Assembly (NCBI GenBank): GCA_032718475.1
Contig: JAUCBJ010008568.1
Location: forward strand, 5,792 to 69,791
Length of the DNA: 64,000 nt
Origin: Nemertoderma westbladi
Lineage: Eukaryota; Animalia; Xenacoelomorpha
Direction of reading: 5' to 3'
In this document: positions 61,230 to 64,000 of the stretch, piece after piece
Layout: every line of letters starts with the position of its first letter
Position numbering within the stretch: the first letter of the stretch is position 1
Notes under the pieces: model-generated
Database searches by the model: none
Seen by the model: only the letters and a program-made list of their open reading frames with translations
Told to the model about the DNA's origin: nothing
Made by a program: the position numbers and the translations under genes

Positions 61230-61703
61230 CAGTGCAGTTATTCTTGAACCTTATCGTGATTTGTTGGTACCAATAGAAAGCTGACCGTGCAAGGATTCCA
61301 AAAATGTAAAAACAATTAAATTTGGTTGGAAAATAGCTGAGATATGAGAGTTCAAAAGTTTCATGGTTCTGCACCTGCGCGAGGCTGTTTTATTCTATTA
61401 AATAAAACACCATATTCTAGAACATTTTGTTTATCTATGAATAGCTACATAATAGTATGATTAAAGAAGAATTGCATTGTTGCCCAGCTACGTATTGGAT
61501 AAACAAAATGTTCTAGAATATGGTGTTTTATTTAATAGAATAAAACGGCCTCGCGCAGGTGCAAAACCATGCAACTTTTGAACGCCAATATCTCAGCTAT
61601 TTCCCAACCAAATTTAAATGTTTTAACATTTTTGGAATCCTTGCACGGTCAGAAATATATTGGTACCAACAAATCACGATAAGGTTGAAGAATAACTGCA
61701 GTG
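61230..61703. mobile_element. Tc1/mariner-type foldback MITE
   Basis: TA target duplication; ends cagtgcagttattcttgaacc / ggttgaagaataactgcagtg; almost entirely palindromic. Confidence 0.88.
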
Positions 61704-62104
61704 TAACTGGTGAAATATCAACGGAGACACCTTTTTCAAACGCTTGTAGCTAAAAATTGAAAGCAAAAATAAAAATTCTGGCTTTCCCACGGAGGAATCG
61801 GGAGGTGAAACTATCTCTGTTTCAAATTTCATGCAATCTCATTAAGATTCGTAGAAAAATTTGGGGGGGGGGGTCCAGGTACCTGAATAACGCAGATAGG
61901 GGGGGAAACTGGACGCAATAAAAATCCATCCCTCTCCAGGGGAAATTCGACGCAAATAAAGGCTGATTACTCTCAAAAATAAAACTATAGCCTGTTCTAT
62001 TGTGTTTAGTTTATTATTTTGGTTAATATAACGCGCCACTGTAACCTGCTCTGAGGCAAGTCACTAGACTAGCCTCAGTAAACACCCTAACACTTGGGTC
62101 CCCA

Positions 62105-63994
62105 ATGCGACAAGGTGAGCTGACTGCCTTGGCAGATAAGCTTTCTCTTATCGCAGTGGGTGTTCAAGAGCACCGAATGCAGACTGGACAGACTGATGAT
62201 GTTCTGATTAAGGACATGGGGGGCTGTTGGCGACTCGCCCTCGCGTCAGCAGATGGTAGTGGCAATGGTGGAATTGGTCTATTGATGAATCCAACTGCAC
62301 ATGCAGCATTGGACAAAATAGACTAGAGTTTCCTAAGGTGGTTCTGATTGTGTGCTACTCTCCAACTAGTGTTGCCCCTGTAGAGGAGGTGGAAAATTTC
62401 TACCACAATCTACAAGCTGCTACTGATGGAGTGGATCAGCATGCATTCTTAACATTCCTGGGAGACTTTAATGCAAGTCTGCATCAATCACCTACATCGC
62501 CCTGGGTCTATAGCAATAGTGTTAACCGAAATTCTGTCCATCTTCAGGATTTTATCTCTGGAAATGGATTGTTTTCGGCTGGAACCCAGTTCAAGAAGCG
62601 AACTGGAAAGCTATGGACTCATAGTGGACCCAGTGGTCACAAGTCCCAGATAGACCATATTCTGTTTCGTAGGAAATACAGGAGCTCTATACAAGACTGT
62701 AATGCATTTACACTTCGACCCTTCTCCAGTGATCACCGCCTTATTGTGGCCAAGGTAAGACTTAGTCTGCGTGCTAGCAGAACAACGTAATCTGCCTTGC
62801 CGCGGCATGACTGGTCCTCTCTGTTGCAACAGCCAAGTGTGAGATCCAGCTTTACACGACAGCTGAGCAACAGGTATGAGGCTCTTGCCTCTGAGGCGGC
62901 AGATCACTGTGAGGGCTATACTGCCTTTACAGAAGCAGTAAAGTTAGCAGCTGCAGAAACAGTTCCTGTATACCCTCGAAACAGGAAAAGGGCCCCCTGG
63001 ACTGACAACAAAATTCAGAAGTGCCGAAATGACCTTCATAAGGCGCAGAAAGAGTCCCGACTCAAACAGACTACAGCGGCCAAGAATGCAGTTAAGGCTG
63101 CATCTAGGTCCCTGAACAGGCAGTACTCTGTTAATCTACAGGAGCTAATAAACCAACAGGTTGATGCCATCAATGATGCTGACGACAGCAGGCAATCATC
63201 CCAGGCATGGAAATCGATCAATCTGCTTACTGGGCGGAAAAGCCAACCAACCACCAAGGTTAAGGCTGAATCACCAGCCGACCGCCTCAATGGTTGGAAA
63301 GCCCACTTTGAAAAGCTCCTCAATAATGACAGGGTATTGCCTGATAACTTTATAGAAGTAAAAGTGTCTGAGTCTGTACTCCCAGATATTCCCATTGGCG
63401 ATATCTCCTTTGCAGAAGTGAAGGCTGCTGCAAAGAGCATTAAGACCAATCGTGCCAGTGGAGTAGATGGTGTTCCCCCTGAGGTCTTTAAAATACCTGA
63501 GTGTTTAAAGCTCATCTATCCCATCATAGTAGACATGTACCGAACAACAAGAGTCCCACAAGAAATGAAAACAAATAAGTTGGTGCCAGTTCCCAAGAAG
63601 GGCAACCTAACTCTCTATGGTTCTTTTCGGGGAATCTCATTGATCTCGATTGCTGCAAAGCTATACAATAGGATTCTATTAAATCGCATCAGGGATCCCA
63701 TTGAGAGACTGCTCCGTGGAAATCAGAATGGGTTCCGCAAAGGTCGTGGAACCATGGAGCCCATTTTGGCACTTAGAAGGATAATTGAAGAATTATCAAA
63801 AAAGAAAGACAGGCATCTGGCTGTTATCTTTGTTGACTTCTTCAAGGCCTTTGATTCAGTCTCTCGCTCACGTATGTTCAGCATACTTTCATTATATGGG
63901 ATTCCTGATGAAATTATTGCAGCAATCAGATCAGTATACGATGGTTCGACAACATTTGTGTCTACTGTTGACGGTGACACAGAACCATTTGAAG
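62105..63994 (+). mobile_element. Disrupted RTE-clade LINE (APE domain and RT N-terminal half)
   Basis: VGVQEHR, GNGGIG, CYSPT, LGDFNA, SQIDHIL, SSDHRL; KKGN...FRGISL, QNGFRKGR, FVDFFKAFDS; stops at 62326 and 62790. Confidence 0.9.
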
Positions 63995-64000
63995 ACACAC

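Overview
AT-rich, transposon-dense metazoan (probably invertebrate) genomic DNA; there is no bacterial operon or CRISPR array. Host genes on +: a two-exon adenylate cyclase type 9 orthologue (9943-14774), a five-exon MEMO1 orthologue (26002-45875) and an RPL12/uL11 gene with an intronless CDS (59090-59587). A tentative micro-exon gene of unknown identity may lie on the minus strand (about 46369-57933). Mobile DNA includes L2-, CR1- and RTE-clade LINEs (one CR1 with an intact ORF2) and many hAT-, Tc1/mariner- and Harbinger-type MITEs. About a third of the window is three large minisatellite arrays (42, 35 and 32 bp units). The main observation is that the 10.8 kb 42-bp array is an amplified copy of the MEMO1 exon 4/intron 4 junction. 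It gives about 258 tandem 5' splice sites, the first ~20 in frame, and each unit adds a perfect two-heptad His-rich peptide. The other two arrays also appear to have grown from splice-signal sequence. Also notable: a hairpin in the RPL12 5' leader that appears to covary with the human one (human sequence recalled, not searched), and a GGGAAAC -1 slippery site joining CR1 ORF1 to an AUG-less ORF2. All coordinates and copy numbers were counted by hand.
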